From a virus (lineage: Duplodnaviria; Caudoviricetes), in the IMG/VR virus record IMGVR_UViG_3300030037_000043, positions 1 through 26,649 of that record: a DNA stretch of 26,649 bases; one strand, given 5' to 3'. Of this stretch, positions 25,064 through 26,649 are shown piece after piece. Position numbers and translations under genes: made by a program. The notes below the pieces were generated by a model. The model saw only the letters and a program-made list of their open reading frames with translations. It had not been told where the DNA came from and did no database searches. Every line of letters begins with the position of its first letter. Positions within the stretch are counted from its first letter, which is position 1.

Positions 25064-26649
25064 TAGTGTGTCTCCTTCCAGCTCGCCCCGATCTTCGCTT
25101 CCCCGTCGATACGACATCTGAAGTTGAAGAAATCACCCGCCAGGGTCATTGCCTCGACAGATAAACGGGCAAACTTCTCAGCGTGTTCTGGCTTAACTTG
25201 AGCGCCCCACTCATCATGGCAATTTACGACGAACTCATAGTCGGGGGAGTCGGACTGCCATGAGTTCTGCAAGCCGTGCGCCTGTAGTAACGCTTCGAGT
25301 TCAACGAGTGCGCGCTTCATAATCAGAGCGCCTGCTGACTGCAACAGGGTGTTCAACGACGCGTGTTCATGTCGGACATGCAGCGTCCGCCCGTCGAGCC
25401 CCTTCAGTTTCTTGTAGCGCTTCGCTTTAGCTTTTACTGCTTGCGACAAGGAGCCAATCGCCGGGATGGAAGAGAGGAACTTATTCTTCAGCTTCTTACC
25501 GGCCTGCGCTCCTCTGCCAACTATCTCACCAATCTTTGCGTCACCGGCTCCGTAGAGCCAGCCGTAGATGAAGGTCTTGGCGTTGTCCCGAGTAGGTAAA
25601 CCCGCCGCTTCCTGGTTGGCTGTGTGAATGTCGCCATTGAGGACAATTTCGGCGTAGGCACCGTTGTCATAATTAGCGAGGAAGTGAGCCAAGCAGCGCA
25701 GCTCTAAGCCCGACGCATCGGCACCGACCAGCACATAGCCGTCGTCCACAGTGAACAGGTCGCGGCACTCAGCACCGTAGGCTGACTTGGTAGCCGGTAC
25801 TTGAGCGACGTTCGGTTTACTGTGAGTGCAGCGACCCGTAACAGCGCCCATCGTGTCGACACGACCATAGATGCGACCGTCCCTTACCTGCTTCTTCCAT
25901 GCCTGCTTACCTTCAGCCAGCATCCCTAATCGTTTATCGACCATGAGATATTCGAGCAGCATCGGGATGGCTTCATACTTGAGGCTTTTGAGGACAGGTT
26001 CATCGACCGTAGGCTTACCGTCGCCCTGATTGAACACGGTAGGCTTCCAGCCGTAGACCGCGTTGAGTCGTTCAGCGATATGGTCGCGGCTGCCAGCGTT
26101 GAAGGTGATACGTTTGGTCTTAACGGTGGGTACGCCTTTGACGTAACCCCGCGACTTGTTGTTCACCTTCGGGATGAAGTGAGGGTCGATCACCTTGTCC
26201 CACGGTGGGAAGATGGCCTGTAGCTGATCGTTCAGGGCAGCCTTACGCACCTCTAAGACGCCATGTAGCTTATCGGCCTTGACCTCGTTGAACTTAAAGC
26301 CGAACTGCTCCTGTCGCTTGATGATCCAGGCGAAGTCGTGCTCCAGGTCGTAGGCTTTAAGTGGGCAGTTGTAGGACTCAAGGTCATCCCAGAGAGCGAG
26401 GGTGACGACGACATCTTGTACGCAGTAATCCTCCATCTCCTGTAGCCAGCCGATAGTCTTCCATGTGTGGCGCTGGGCCGCTAATTGCTCACGGAACGCT
26501 TTAGCCTTGGCAGGCGATAGGGGCTTGGTGGCCTCTTGACGGAGGTAAGCGACTGTCGGTAACGGATCGACCTTCTTACCATTCAATAGGTAATCAGTTG
26601 GGTCGAAGTCGTCCTTAAAGTCACCTAATCGCCAGCCCCACGCCTTCAA
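25063..26649 (-). CDS. family A DNA polymerase, T7 gp5-like (5' end outside the window)
   Basis: ExoIII YCVQDV, motif A DASGLELR, motif B RDNAKTFIYGWLYG, motif C HDE, and C-terminal W.ETH. Confidence 0.96.
   Translation of the reverse strand: MKAWGWRLGDFKDDFDPTDYLLNGKKVDPLPTVAYLRQEATKPLSPAKAKAFREQLAAQRHTWKTIGWLQEMEDYCVQDVVVTLALWDDLESYNCPLKAYDLEHDFAWIIKRQEQFGFKFNEVKADKLHGVLEVRKAALNDQLQAIFPPWDKVIDPHFIPKVNNKSRGYVKGVPTVKTKRITFNAGSRDHIAERLNAVYGWKPTVFNQGDGKPTVDEPVLKSLKYEAIPMLLEYLMVDKRLGMLAEGKQAWKKQVRDGRIYGRVDTMGAVTGRCTHSKPNVAQVPATKSAYGAECRDLFTVDDGYVLVGADASGLELRCLAHFLANYDNGAYAEIVLNGDIHTANQEAAGLPTRDNAKTFIYGWLYGAGDAKIGEIVGRGAQAGKKLKNKFLSSIPAIGSLSQAVKAKAKRYKKLKGLDGRTLHVRHEHASLNTLLQSAGALIMKRALVELEALLQAHGLQNSWQSDSPDYEFVVNCHDEWGAQVKPEHAEKFARLSVEAMTLAGDFFNFRCRIDGEAKIGASWKETH

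Noticed and set aside
25064-25117. Longer HNH start inside the polymerase gene, or a group I intron in the polymerase
   Set aside because: The polymerase reads uninterrupted to its conserved W.ETH end, and ATG 25063 has an AAGGAG RBS with TAATG coupling.

Overview
This window is a 26.6 kb segment of a tailed dsDNA phage of podovirus type. It probably infects a Gram-negative proteobacterium (inference). Two arms are transcribed in opposite directions. (1) Left end, minus strand: small early genes, including an ArdA-type antirestriction protein, behind a clear sigma70 promoter flanked by direct repeats. (2) Plus strand, 1473-21238: terS, a 583-bp repeat- and hairpin-rich non-coding spacer, terL, portal, scaffold, N4-gp56-type major capsid, tail tube proteins, tail fibre module, holin, GNAT and internal virion/ejection proteins, followed by a stand-alone small lipoprotein gene. 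(3) Right end, minus strand: T7-like family A DNA polymerase (cut by the window edge), HNH endonuclease, class 3 lipase coupled to an M15 peptidase, 5'-3' exonuclease and a DUF3310 protein. The most notable unexplained element is a ~210-nt non-coding stretch (21551-21762, minus strand) made almost entirely of abutting hairpins, a candidate phage structured ncRNA. Next are the lipase+endolysin pair with no visible spanins and the terS-terL spacer. All family calls come from motif recognition by eye; no searches were run.
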